A DNA stretch of 53,718 bases, filler included, from Catajapyx aquilonaris (taxonomy: Eukaryota): the NCBI GenBank assembly GCA_000934665.2. It is 3 parts of 3 records of this genome, joined end to end, with 100 filler letters (N's around TTAATTAATTAA, not from the genome) between each part and the next. Parts side by side here need not be neighbours in the genome. Positions count along the whole stretch, not along the records: positions 1 to 17,972 come from KZ539608.1; positions 18,073 to 35,846 come from JYFJ02006863.1; 1 more part is not named here. One strand, written 5' to 3'. Of the stretch, positions 10,529-23,067 are shown one piece after another. Numbering within the stretch: position 1 is the stretch's first letter; the number at the start of each line of letters is the position of its first letter. The position numbers and the translations under genes are program-made. Below the pieces are notes generated by a model, which was not told where the DNA came from, did no database searches, and worked only from the letters and a program-made list of their open reading frames with translations.

Positions 10529-10996
10529 CAGTTGCATCCGGATATAACAGCCTCGGCAATACCTATATACAGACTTTTGGTTATAAAGGCCATCCCCGGC
10601 ATGTTTCCATAAGACCCTGTGTATTTGACTCATAATCTAACATACTAATTGCACCGCACCTCGGGTATAGCACACCATTTCTTGCACGGCCGCTTGAAGC
10701 GGCCGTGATTTCTTGGCCCTCGGTCGGAAAATATAGTTTTCCAGGTACAAAATTTGCACAAAGGAGACGGCAGAAGAAAATTTCGGATATTTTGGTCTTT
10801 CATAATTTTTGGGTGAGCTAATATTACATTTTTGACAGATTTCATTAATCGGTATGTAGCCTAGTAATGCACATTGCAGCCATATTGAAAGCAGAAATCT
10901 CTGTTTTCATTGCGTGACTATTTGGCTATAACAGACCACAGTTATAACATACTTTTTGCGCGGTCTCTTGAAGTTTGTTTTATCTGGATTCAACTG
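10529..10996. mobile_element. pogo-type MITE nested in copy B
   Basis: TA|CAGTTGCATCCGGATA ... TATCTGGATTCAACTG|TA; orthologous to 8134-8552. Confidence 0.82.
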
Positions 10997-11005
10997 TACT
11001 ATTAA

Positions 11006-12466
11006 CCTGTTGAGGGCCACGGAAGTCATATGACCGCCGAGGAAAGACGTGCCTCAGGGCCCACGGCGGTCATATGACCGTTTGCTACTTGTGCGCTCAT
11101 TTGTTCTAATTTTAAAAGGAGCCAAGCCAATGACTTTTAAGCTGCTTTTGCCATGCCATCTCGTGGTTGGGCGTTCAACTATCACGGACTGCGTGATTGG
11201 CTTGAATCCGCGAGGTAAGATGGATGCTGCTGCCCCCTGTTGCCTGAGAGACAAAATATCTGGCGTCAGGCGGTCAAAAAAGAGTGTCCAAACCCTACCA
11301 GACGTGTCCAGACGTGGCATGCCCCAGGCGGCCATGAATGAGAGGATCTTGGAAGCTTGCCGGCCAATCAGGTGGGTAGGGCTGTGCGATATTTCTATAT
11401 ATCGACTGTCGATACGATATTTTCCTAATATCGAAGTTGCGATATCCGACTCTTGGCATGTTCGATGTATCGAATATCGCAATTTTTCGACGTCGGTTCG
11501 ATGTCGGTTTTCGATCTTTTTCGATGTCGGTTCGATGTAGGTTTTTCGATTTTCGATATATCGACTTCGATTCGATATTTTCGATGTCGGTTTTTCGATT
11601 TTCGATCTATCGACTTCGATTCGATATTTTTAAGTATCGAAAGTAGATGTGTAATTTCGGATATCCCACAGCCCTACAGATGGGCCCCTATCAGCGCGGA
11701 TCCGCTCCCCTCGTCGGTAGTACAAAACTACAAATAACAGCTACTTTGCAATAACTGTTATTTAAGTAACCGTTACTGAAAATAGTTGCAACCTGTTGCA
11801 ACTCATCAGCAGCCATAGAAATTCGGCTGGGATTTGGTGTTGGTATTATTGAAAAAGGATGAAGTAATGGGAGAGACTAAATGTGGCAGGGGTAGGGGCA
11901 CGCTGTACCAACATCATGACAACACAGCAGAATAGCGTCATAGCGGAATCGCATGCATTAGCTGCTGCTGAGTCGCAAATAGCATAATAACTAACTGCCA
12001 CTGAGTTGCAGTTATTTCAACAGTTATTACAAGTAGCAGTCTCGCTACTTTTGACCCACCACTAGCTGCTGTCGTTTATTCTCTCTGAACCACGGTGGAG
12101 TGAAAGGGCTCTGAACCATACTCTGAACATGGCACTGCGGCTCATATCAGATGAGGATGAGCTCCCCGTTCTCACCACAGTCGAGTCCGACGGAAAATCC
12201 GACCTGGAGCAACACACTTACATAGCGGCCCCGGGGCCGCCNNNNNNNNNNNNNNNNNNNNNNNNNNNNNNNNNNNNNNNNNNNNNNNNNNNNNNNNNNN
12301 NNNNNNNNNNNNNNNNNNNNNNNNNNNNNNNNNNNNNNNNNNNNNNNNNNNNNNNNNNNNNNNNNNNNNNNNNNNNNNNNNNNNNNNNNNNNNNNNNNNN
12401 NGGGGGGGGGGGAAACTCGGTCTGTGGGGGGCTTGCAATTGAAAAGAAAACCTGGCCCTCAACAGG
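11006..12466. mobile_element. piggyBac-type MITE
   Basis: Perfect 14-bp TIR CCTGTTGAGGGCCA / TGGCCCTCAACAGG. TTAA at 11002-11005 and 12467-12470. Contains an N-gap at 12242-12401. Confidence 0.88.
11377..11676. mobile_element. hAT-type MITE with TCGAT subterminal repeats
   Basis: TIR TAGGGCTGTGCGATAT / ATATCCCACAGCCCTA (15/16). 8-bp TSD CAGGTGGG / CAGATGGG (7/8). Interior is densely repeated TCGA(T). Confidence 0.88.
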
Positions 12467-13385
12467 TTAACCCCATCACTACCTGCTATATCGCCGTCGC
12501 CGTTTGCTACAGTATATGCTGAATGGGGGAATGCTGTTTGGGTTTTATTAGTATTTAAGTCAACATTTACGTCGTTTAACTGGTGCGGCTCCCCCCGCCG
12601 CGCCGCGCCGACTCGGCGTTAGCGGGGGCGCTGGCGGGGCCGATGAGGTGCCGTGGTGGGACCTAACCGTCTCGGCTGGCCACCGCCCCCGCAGTGGTGG
12701 CCTGGTCGGTGGAGGGAGTCGTTTGTTGTTTGGAGTGCCCCCGGCATGGGCCGTTCTAGTTGGTGATTGTTGTGCTCTTTTTGTTGCGCTCTTGATTTGG
12801 CTGGCTCGCGAGTCTCGGGGTCGTAAGTGGGATGGAGGGTGGGGGGTCGTGTTGGGGTTATTTTTCGCGATGTTTTTATGGACTCTGTGAATTACAACCT
12901 TTTGAGGGATAGGTTGTGTAATTTGGGGTTATTTTAGTCATTTTATAACGTTCTGTTGCTGAATTCACAGGGTCCCAACGGCGCGGCGGTGGTAGATATT
13001 GTGGTCGCTTGTATTTCTATAATTTTGTGTTAAATGATGAAGTCTCACTGGCTTAGGCTGGTGGGACATTGCTGTGCGAGCAGGGGGGCTGAAAGGCTTG
13101 GCTGGGTCAGTACCCCCTTATCAAATCTTTAAACTTTTATTAAGTATATGCTGAATATCTACCCTGAGAAACGGGACACACGAATTTGCTGAATTCGTCG
13201 CATTTAGCGAAAATTAAATACGTTTGGGAGTTTTCAGATGTGACGGAGGCAAGCCGCAGACCTGTATCGATTTAATTCTTGTAAAATACCATGATTTCAG
13301 CAAATAAGGTACAGTTCTCAATGTATATATTCCGTATAATTATTTTAGCGTATAGGCTATTTCATAATTAAATCAGATTGGGGAA

Positions 13386-13700
13386 GGCGAAGTGGCGCTG
13401 CGGTAACGTATGCGCCCACGGATGGAAGAGTCCTGGGTTTGGGTCCTGGGGTGGGCATTCCACCCTTTCATCTCGTGCGGCGGCCGGGGTCTCTCCGGAT
13501 TCGTCTAGGGTGGGATTTCCGATAGACGAACCACCTGGGGGAGCTCACTAAATGACCATAACAACGACAGTACATTGCACATCCCTCCCAGTCACCCCGT
13601 CCTCGGACCAGGGCTCTTCGTTGTCCAAATTAATGTACACCTTGGCAAATAAAGGTCCGTGTCAGAAACCTCAGCTGATGTACAGCACTATACCCAAACC

Positions 13701-13780
<80 letters not shown>
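13386..13780 (+). mobile_element. Degenerate tRNA-derived SINE ending in (ATT)n
   Basis: A-box-like TGGCGCTGCGG, B-box-like GGGTTTGGGTCC, and an (ATT)n tail at 13701-13780. No TSD identified. Confidence 0.55.
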
Positions 13781-13781
<1 letters not shown>

Positions 13782-16177
13782 AATCAGACTAAGACCGTTG
13801 GCTGGTAGCACTAGAATTTCGTTTTTTTACGACTATCTCTGTGAGAATCATTTTAGGGACTTCTAAGCGACGAAAATCGTCTCCAATACATTCATAGTGC
13901 AGACTGTAGTGTAGAGCATCAACATGTTAGTATAATATGATAGCCTACATACAGTATATCACTGTAGCTGTTATTATTTGTAAAATATCTTGTCCTTGTC
14001 TTCAGAGTACGTGTAAGCGACAACCTAGACGATGGCGGTATATCTGGTATTGCAAAGGGGTTTAAAAAAAGAACTGAAATAAGAGCAAAAACATTCCCTT
14101 CAGTGAAAAAGGGGGCTGTAAGACCTCTGTGGCGGAATGAAAGTACTGAAACAAGGCAGGCGCACGTAAGACCTACACCAATATATTGATTTAAGCTGTA
14201 CCATAGGTCTTACTCAAGCAATTCTCAAGTACTGGAATGGCTCGTAAAAATTACTGCTGCAAACTGCTCATAGCAGTAGGTAGGATTTTATTTTGAAAAG
14301 ATTTTTTTTTTAGAAAACCCAAACCCATCCTAACAGACTTGGTCCAATCGAAAAAGACCCTCTAAAATTCACCAATTTACGTTTACATGTGAAAAATTAA
14401 AGATTCCAGGTAAAATAAGCATCCAAAGGAGGTGACGATTCTCCATGAATGTTTCATGGCAATATAATTAGCACCAAACGTATAGAAATTCAATGTGCTT
14501 AATATTGAAGTTCCTAATTTCAGAAAACACTTATATGGAGTGGCTCATGGAAATTAATGGGTGGAATTTTCGTCGCACTACTATTACTATAAAGTGTAAA
14601 CTATAGTTACTGCTAACTTAGCAATACCATTGCACTACACTGGTACTGCTAAGTTAGAAGTAACTAGTAGTACAACGAAAATTCCACAAATTTGTTTTCA
14701 GAAAGGAGACTTCATGCAGTAACTTCAAAATTGCTTGAGTAAGACCTATGGTACAGCTTAAATTAACTGGTGAAGGTCTTACGTGCGCCTGCCTTGTTTC
14801 AGTACTTTCATTCCGCCACGGAGCGGAGGTCTTATTACCCTTTTTTTCACTCAAGGGAATGTTTTTGCGTAAAGTCTATCGTTTATCCGCACCTAGCGAC
14901 GCGGCGGGGTTGGGAAGACGTGGTGGGCTCCAAACATGTTGGCTACGGGTCGCAAACAATCGGTTGCCGGGAGAGCACAACAAAGGGCGTCTTGTTACCC
15001 CTGCCACGCGAAGCGATCAGACGAGTGCTAGGACCACAGCATTAATGAAGGAGGTGGGAAATATGAAAGCCATGATGGTTGCTGCAGTCCGTTAACCCAA
15101 AGAACGACACTTCGTCAAGCAACCGTGAAGTCATTCGGATTTGTCAGGCAGCAGTATCAAGGCACCCGATTGTTTGCGACGCAACGTTGCCAACTGTCGG
15201 GAGCCCCCCCCCCCCCCCCCCCNNNCCCCCCCCCCCCCCCACCGCCCAACCCCGACCGCGTTGTTAAGGTGCGGATAAACAATAGTTTATCCGTTCTTGC
15301 TTTTATTTATATAGATTTATATTATTTAGTATAAAAATGTCCTTTTCTTGTAATGGTAAATGTAGTAGTACTTCCTCCAGTCCTTTTCTACATGAGGATA
15401 ACATACAGCCTGATTATACAAGTAGAGCCTGATTTATCCCCAACATAACCAATAGGAGACTCTGCATTTCATTCCCCTCGGATATACCGTCAAACGGGAT
15501 GAGATTGTGCCACATTTTAAGATTTACTTACAAGGAGTACTGCAGCTAGCGCCACGGCGACGAAAGAGAGCATCGAACCTGATCGAACCGATGAATAAGA
15601 TCGGATGGCCCACGTGACACCGGCCGCGCCTACTTTTTGGAAAGGGAAAAATGAATGTACTGTCTGATTTATTTCACTCCCAACAGACGTCACCAAGCCC
15701 CCTTCTCCACTCGTCCACCCCTCCATGGACTGTACTTGTTACCAACCTAACCTCACACATGTGGTATCACAAACAATGTTGTAATTAAATCAGACGGCAT
15801 ACATTATTTTGTGATATCTATATTATTAAAAGCCGACTGTCATGGAAACTCCTCCCTAGCCGCCTGACACATCCAGCCTAGCCCCGCAACGGTTGTTTAA
15901 TATAAAAGTCTCCGCTATGCGGGGAATTTGGCTCTGGCACGCGCCCACAGCCATCTACTGGGGCCACCTAAATATTCGGGGTACGTGGTGGCTCGATCAA
16001 CTCCAATTTTCTTGAAAATTTCCGTACGGGTATACATATATGGAGGAGACATTTCAAAATCCGAAGTTATAACTCCGTAGGAGAATATGCAGCCGAGATA
16101 TGGCCGATTCAAAAATGCGATTTTTGAGTTGCAGAGTACTGAAATTATTATTTTTATCTCCATAAGTAACACTCTCC

Positions 16178-17237
16178 ACCGAAGCAGTAGTGGTGGAGTG
16201 GATATGGTGTCCGACTGCTAATCGGGAGGTCCTAGGTTCGAGTCCCGGAGGCCGGCGGTCCTGACCTTGATTTTCTGTGGTTTCCCAAGGTCGCCCCAGG
16301 AAAAATTTCCGGGATAAAATAGGCCACAGCCGCTTCCTTCCTTTTCCTGCCCTGGAGAAGGTGCGGGTCAGTGGGGAGTTACTGACTCGCATCTAAGGCG
16401 TCATCTTGGCGAACGAGCCCCCTGAGGGACTGCACACGACCCCCAACTTGATGACATTGCACATGCACCAGTGTCCCCCCTCCCTATCCCTACCCTGTCC
16501 CTGCACGATAGTGGTAATCCACTCACTCCCCTTCACAAAAAATACCCGGCGTTGAAACGTCGCGTTTCACCGCCCAGTCTGTACGACGCGCGCGTGAAGC
16601 CAATTCACATAAAATTTTGACGCGCGATTCTGTCTGTCGCCGCGGTAACAGCTCCAACGCAGGATACTGCTGGCCTGAATATCTGCGTTTTGACGCCCGG
16701 CGACTGCCAATGGGAAGAGGGACCATGAAGTCACGTGACTTCGCTCCCTCCCTCCCCAAGACCCCAACCCGACTTTCTGGTCGAGGCAGACATCTTTATT
16801 TTCCCCTCTTTCCTCACCGTCCATCCCGTATGTCCGCCCGCATGCCCGTCCTTGACCCCGTGCCCGTCCTTTGCCCCGTGCTTTGTCCCGCCCGCACCCC
16901 TGCCGCACCGTCCACCCCGTATCCTCTCTCCGCAGCTCTCGTCCCGCCCGCCTGTGCCCCGTATTGTCCCCTTGTGCCACCTTGGTCTCCTACTGACTAG
17001 TGGTGGCTATAGTGGCTAGTTTAGTTATCTTTCCGAGATGGCTCTGCACTCGCGCCGCGCGACAGATTGTTTTTGTGGATTGCAGCAGCGTTTTCCTCTG
17101 TGGCGATCCACCGCCTATTGCCTTGGCGTTTCACAGCTGGCGTTGAAACGCGGCGACGGAACGCCGCGTCTTTTTTTTGTGAAACAGGCTTAAGAGGGCC
17201 TATGGGCCTAGCACGGGGTATATCTAAAAAAAAAAAG
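16178..17237 (+). mobile_element. tRNA-derived SINE (same head as 1624-1923) with an internal TIR insertion
   Basis: A box TGGTGGAGTGG, B box GGTTCGAGTCC, poly(A) at 17226-17236. 15-bp TSD GTAACACTCTCCACC at 16166-16180 and 17238-17252. Confidence 0.9.
16532..17183. mobile_element. TIR element (CAC...GTG-like ends) inserted in the SINE
   Basis: Imperfect ~45-bp IRs TTCACAAAAAA..CGGCGTT..CGCGTTTCA. GC-rich interior with short TGCCC(C)G repeats. TSD not resolved. Confidence 0.6.
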
Positions 17238-17280
17238 GTAACACTCTCCACCTAATGCCTATCCCCTATATCCTCCTCGG

Positions 17281-17882
17281 ACTCGCTTTGCGAGGTGGGG
17301 GGGCTACGCCCCCCCACACCCCCCCTCGGGGCTGCGCCCCAATTGGCGCGCCTTCGGCGCTATGCCCGTGTTCCGCCTAATCCATCCGGTTACAGAAATC
17401 CATCCGTTTACAGAACCCGTGACGTCACGGTCCACAAAGGTATGACGGTATGAGAATGCGCCTTAGCTGACGTATATGCTGAAAAAAGGAAAAGTGGGGT
17501 GGGGGCCAGGGGGAGGGGGTGTAACCATATGTGAGCTGAGAGGTCTCCGGAGATGAGGGTGAATGGGCCATTGTTCTTTCCCGGCTTAACGACAAACAGA
17601 TGTTCCTTGTGGAGTGGGCAAAAGTCGACTTTTTGCCATCTCGAAAACGGCAGGGAATTTTGGCATTTTGAGGATTTTTGGACAATGTATATCGACCGCA
17701 AGGAATCCAACGGAATATCGACCACAGCTCTACGACCTCGGGAAGTGCGAAATCTTTTCCATCCTATATCCTCGGCGTGGGGCTTTATATATATTAGAAG
17801 ACTCGCTTTGCGAGGCGGGGGGGCTCCGCCCCCCACACCCCCCCTTGGGGCTGCGCCCCAATTGGCGCGCCTTCAGCGCTAC
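17281..17882 (-). mobile_element. Helitron-like non-autonomous element in head-to-tail tandem (520-bp period)
   Basis: An ~80-bp hairpin-rich block ACTCGCTTTGCGAGG...GGCGCGCCTTC repeats at 17281 and 17801. The second copy directly follows TTTATATATATTAGAAG (TCTTCTAATATATATAAA on the minus strand, a Helitron-like 5' end). Confidence 0.5.
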
Positions 17883-17972
17883 GCGTTCCCGCTCGGGCCT
17901 ACCCACTTACCCAGCACCGCTAGAGAGCTGGAAATAATAACCTGGAGTTCGTCGTCAACGGACTGACCAGTG

Positions 17973-18072
17973 NNNNNNNNNNNNNNNNNNNNNNNNNNNN
18001 NNNNNNNNNNNNNNNNTTAATTAATTAANNNNNNNNNNNNNNNNNNNNNNNNNNNNNNNNNNNNNNNNNNNN
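17973..18072. other. Assembly gap with artificial TTAATTAATTAA six-frame stop linker
   Basis: 100-bp N block with central TTAATTAATTAA; same construct at 35847-35946. Confidence 0.95.
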
Positions 18073-18165
18073 TTGATGCAACAGAGTGATGGAATGTATG
18101 TTTACAGGCATGGGCTAGCTAGTTATGAACAAAAATCCCAAATCCCAGACCAAGGCTAGTTCCCC
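18073..18165. mobile_element. Right end of a second copy of the 779-1473 MITE
   Basis: Three mismatches against 1381-1473; ends AAGGCTAGTTCCCC followed by AT. Confidence 0.85.
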
Positions 18166-18367
18166 ATTGGCTAGGTTTTAACTCGAATCATTTGGGTCCA
18201 TGTAGCCAGTGTAAAACAGTACTTTTTATATGTATATTTTTGTTAAATGTTATGCAACATATTGCAGCATTATTGCTGTACATTTTGGGTTTCCTTGAGT
18301 CCACTGTTTCATAAAGTAGTGATTGATTTAATATAAATGGTACAATGGTTTTGTGATTTTTGCATAG

Positions 18368-20413
18368 GTCTGAAGACAAATCACGGAAAGAGAAGGACCG
18401 CAAGGAAGCGGATAAGAAGAAAAGCAAGCACCCAGATGATCACCGGAGTGAGCGGGAAAAGAAGTCAGATGACCGAAAATCTGATCGGGATGGACATCAT
18501 GACAAGGGTACTGATGCCAAGAGTCGCAGTTCAAAAAGTACCTCTTCGTCATCGTCGCATGGAAAGGATAAGTCAAAATCAAGCCACAAGAGTGGGAAAT
18601 CCAAAGAATCATCTGAGCAAGACGCAGACAAACCCGACACTAAGGTGGACAAGAAACCGGACGCTGCATCCGACTGCAAATCGGACATCAAGCCAGACAT
18701 AAAGGCTGAAAATAAGCAATGCGATGCTAAGCCGGTTGATAGCAAGTCGACCCCAAAGCCTGAGAGTAAACCAGATTGTAAACTGGATGGAAAGTGTGGC
18801 ACTAAACCTGAGACTAAGCCTAATGCTAAGCTGGACAGTAAGCCAGATGCTGTGCAAGGTAGCAAGTCCGATCCTAAGTCAGGCGATAAACATGAAGGCG
18901 ATGATCATGTGGTAAAGAAGAAACCAAAAATAGCAGCCAATATATATGAGGTGCGTAAAATAATGAAGATGCGGAAGGACATGGAACGAATGGAGAAGGA
19001 AAGAGAATCAAAACAAGATGGTAATGAGCCCAAGGTGCTTCCACCAGACGCAGACAAATCAAAGCTTGCAAAATTAGAGTCAGGTGTCCGAAAGGATGTT
19101 GACTCCACTTTGAAGGATTCCAAATTAATGAAAGTTGGACGTAAGAAACATCGGCGAGAGAAACCTGTGTTGTATTTCGAGCCAGTGGAAAAGAGGCACC
19201 TTCTTATTGACTTTGTGGCACAACTTACGGCAGATCCAGACAAAGTGGACACACTCTCAGTTTGTTCTGTTTCAACTGCCGATTTGTCGGAGTTTGAAGG
19301 GGTGGAGGATTTGGCCATCGAAACGGAACCAGAAGAATCAACGTTGATTAGGCCTGAGAGTGCGGAAGTTAAACTAGCGGACACTCATGAAACTTCAGAT
19401 AGTGAGACCAACAACAACAGCGTGCCGCCATTCAAGAGGAAGCGTGGGCGTCCACGTAAGGTGTTGGCTGATGCAAGTGCCATCGCAATGGCCCTTGAGG
19501 ACTCACCAGGTGAAATGGCAGATTCCAAGGAGAACCAGCGTGAGCCACTAATCCCAGTTGAGGCGCAGAACAACACCGATGCAAAAGTAATGGAGGCTAC
19601 AACTACACGAATGTACCAAGGAAACAATGCATTGAGGTCAGTAATTCAGTAATGCATGATTGATGCCTCTTTGTTATTTGTCTACGTCAGATGTAAATAT
19701 GAAAATTAATTTGTCGTTTATTTCAGAGGGAACGAGACTTCTACCCGTGTGAAGCGATTTGACAACGCGGAGCTTAATAAGACCAGGCCAATGTGTCTTC
19801 CCACCACTCGTCGCCTCAGGAATTCTGCTGTTACGTCAGCAACTACAACGTCAACTACCACTGGTAACCATACCAATTTATACAAGATGCTTGTGATTCA
19901 GATGCTGTGGCCCAAATTTGCTTGCATGTTCATCAAATATGTAATGTACAACACGTTTTAACAAGGTTGATTTTTCAAGTTATTTTTGTGCTTATTTTTA
20001 TTTTTGAATTTTGTTATTGGAGGATCATTACATTTAAAACCTAAACCTTTCCCTTTTGTTGACGCAGAGAGGACATTTACAGGGTACCTGGACTAGGATT
20101 TGTTTATTATTATTGCCTCACTGCCACATTCACATAATCATAGCCGACAATCATGTCTTGATTGTCTGAACCTGATATTACGTAAAGGCTTTTATATCCA
20201 CAGGGAGAGTAATTGCTGTGCTTCATACCAAGCTGTAGACTCTATTGGTTTATTTGAAAACATGATATAACTTCCTACATTCATTCACTGGGTGTGGCGA
20301 CTTACCCGTGCTTTTTCTCCGTAGAAGCTGACACCCCAAGAAGACTCCGCAATAAGCGAGGCCAAGAAGCTGACTCTGAGGAAAGCCCTCCTTCCAAGAA
20401 AGAAAGCGAATGA
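18368..20413 (+). CDS. BOD1/BOD1L-like protein, 3' exons (18368-19636, 19727-19863, 20325-20413); 5' exons outside window
   Basis: Phase-consistent AG/GT junctions. K/D/S-rich low-complexity exon, KKPKIAANIYEVRKIMKMRK motif, AT-hook KRKRGRPRK, KRFDNAELNKTRP motif. AATAAA at 21095. Family assignment rests on recalled insect BOD1-like motifs; the N-terminal Shg1 domain is not visible. Confidence 0.7.
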
Positions 20414-21392
20414 CAAGGACCTATCTGGTTTTCCGTTACTAATTTTTGTGGCGGCTGACACTACCTTAAAATGTAAAGGTAAAATCTACGACCCACGGGG
20501 TATCGACAATTTCAGACAAGTTGCCTGGGAAAAGTGCTCATTGCAAATGTGTTCCATGCGTATGCAGTGATTAGTTATTGTTATGTAACTACTCTCTATA
20601 GTATAGAGAGATATGTGGAGGTTGAGGTGTTTATTGTCATGCACATAAATCTGAATGTTATAGCCCCCTACAGTGTGTGGCATGCGTCATGCCCACTGCC
20701 AATTGCTGCCTCAGTGTTTGTGTCCTGTGCTACGTAATAGTATTGGTGATGTGACGTGGGACATGACATTTAAAGAGGCCAGTTTTCTTAAGTAAATTAG
20801 GGAAAAATCTCAGCTTATGCGATTTTTCAGGAATTTCCTCCCAAATTTTCGTTCATATAACTAGCCATACACCTAATGATGGTTTAGTTCTTCCATATAA
20901 CAAATGTGATGCTTATTTTAATAATAAGCAACTTCTGAGGTCCCAGTTGCACCACTTCAAGGAAACATTTTCAACCTGGAAAAGACCCTGTAAAGTTTCT
21001 TACTCACTACTGACAACTACAGCCAATAACATACCTTTTGTACTCTTTTCTAGTAGAAAAATGTTTTCTGAAGAAAATGCAACCAGATATTATTAATAAA
21101 TTACAATCTGTTACTCTCAGTTGATGAATTTGTGACACTTGGTTTCAAATTAACAAGCATTTGAATTGTCCACCTGCTGCGTGTAGCGATATGATGAGCG
21201 AAGACTTCGCTGAGCGATAACATCGCTGAGTAATCCGATTAACCAATATTGTTTGAGGTGAAAGTAACAACCGATTTGTGAGCGATTTGACGAGCAAACC
21301 CTTGGCGAAGACTTCGCTCGTCAAATCGTGGCTTAGAAATTACCATTTTCTTAGCTCTGAATCAGTTGATTTTTGTGACTCCAGTGCAAAGA

Positions 21393-21560
21393 TTTTTTTT
21401 TTTTTTTTCCCCCGTGATAGGCCTACATAGGCCTTTTTGGGGTGTGGTACACCACCATCAATTTTCTTGTATTTTTTCTTCATTCTCCGGTGAAAGGAAC
21501 CAGGACAATGGGAGAGGATAGGGATTTTTGGGGAGGGAGTACTGAGTATGAAAGTATCGA
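21393..21560 (-). mobile_element. 5'-truncated SINE/retroposon tail
   Basis: Poly(T) followed by CCCCGTGATAGGCCTACATAGGCC, which is the shared hairpin-CACGGGG-poly(A) tail on the minus strand. Confidence 0.6.
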
Positions 21561-23067
21561 GTGAAAAAAAAAACAACGAATACAGGTGTCGCATGTATTG
21601 TGTACAACTTACAGGCTTTTCATAGTTATGGTATGTGGTTAATTTTTTCTTGCAGTAGTTGTGGTTTTACTCTCCCTGTGTCCCTCTTCCCCCACCTGGC
21701 CCTTTTTTTTCTTCTTCCATTCATAAAATAATCTCAATCTTCTTGAATTATATGGTATCGTATGCTACGTGCCGAGTTATGTGCATATCTTCTTCCATGA
21801 GAGTAAGCGCATGGGGACACATTTCCTGTACTTTTCCAGGTGAACATGTCGATGCAAAAATACTCACGACTAAGCGAAACCGATGGTAAACCTTTCAATC
21901 ATTATTTTTGAACCACAATCATTTTACGAATATGCGAACACGATTAAACCAAAAGTGTGTGTATATAGATTTGTATGTAATTATTCTGTAATTATTACAA
22001 GGTAGTAACTGCGTAACGCATGTTTAAAAAAATATGTGTACAAAAAATAATGTATGAAATCGACTGACAAATTTGTATGTGTTCAATTTTTTTAAGTGAT
22101 CAGCCCATTTTTTGCATGAAAATAAAATCTTTTTTGCATAACTAAAAAACGAAGTTGTTTTTTTTTTGCATAACTAAAAAACGAAGTTGTTATTTTCCTG
22201 TATTTTCCCATGAAAATGAACATTTTGCATAACAACGAAACAATATTGTTGTTGCGGAATGGACATGGGTTTCAGCGGCAAAATATGCAAAATATCAGCA
22301 AAATATGCACCCTCTCAGGACGGAGACAAGAGCAGGGATGACCACCCTTCAATATTTAGTGTATTTGATAAGCATTATTAGCATATTTTTAAAAAATTAA
22401 AAAAATCGTTCGAATCCTCGTTCGAATCCGAACTGAGGGCCTATTCGCGCCGCCACCAAATTGCGCATCAGCAAACAAATTCTTACTGCCTCATCAAATT
22501 GCAATATGTCCACCTGACATATCAACTACAATTATCTACAAATTTTTATGCGCCACATTTGTTTTTAAATATTCATGCGAACGTCATGTACGTATCTGGC
22601 AAATTCTAATTTGCCATCGATTCGAACGCACCCGACTTCCTCTTCCTCTTTTCTTTTCTTTTTTTTTCTCTCTCTCTCATCCCCCTCATTTCCCCCCCNN
22701 NCCCCCCTCCCCTCCCCTCCACTCCACCTCTCCCCCTCCCCTCACTCCCCTTTTTCTCCCGAATCCCGAAACGAAAGGCATTCGAAGCGAGTTCCTTCCC
22801 TGGATCGGGACGATTTCCTTTCGTCCTTTCCCCCTGGAACAACCACACGCACCTTTCCCCTTCCTGCCCAGCGAGAGACCCACACATGCCCGTAGCAGGT
22901 CGGCGTGTCTAGAAGCCATGTCCACCGGATTCGCATCCCCTGAGAAGAGCCCAACGTGATTCGAACACGCGTGTCCTTGTGTAGCCTAGTCCACACACAC
23001 ACACACACACACATACGCACTGGTGGTGGTTGGTATGGTAAAGGCATCATCACCTGCCGTCGTACAG

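Larger units (their letters stand above)
10027..14868 (+). mobile_element. Helentron/HINE-like element, copy B, interrupted by piggyBac, hAT and SINE insertions
   Basis: 5' TTTT, hairpin TTAGGGGC-GGTA-GCCCCTAA, then GTAAGACC. Aligns to copy A over 10027-11005 and 13781-14868. Inverted arms at 14085-14223 / 14729-14868. Spans an N-gap. Confidence 0.65.

Noticed and set aside
11400..11645. Dense TCGAT repeats resembling an array or ORFs
   Set aside because: Subterminal repeats of the hAT MITE; no repeat-spacer structure, so not CRISPR, and the ORFs are compositional artefacts.
16178..16255. tRNA-like heads (also 1845-1923 and 39340-39424)
   Set aside because: They continue into SINE bodies with tails and TSDs; not standalone tRNA genes.
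18017..18028. TTAATTAATTAA palindrome inside N-runs (also at 35891-35902)
   Set aside because: Identical 100-bp construct in both gaps; an artificial scaffolding linker, not biology.
1381..18169. 97-bp direct repeat (1381-1477 / 18073-18169) suggesting one giant insertion with a long duplication
   Set aside because: Similarity ends at the TIR plus ATTG, so it is explained by two copies of the same MITE.
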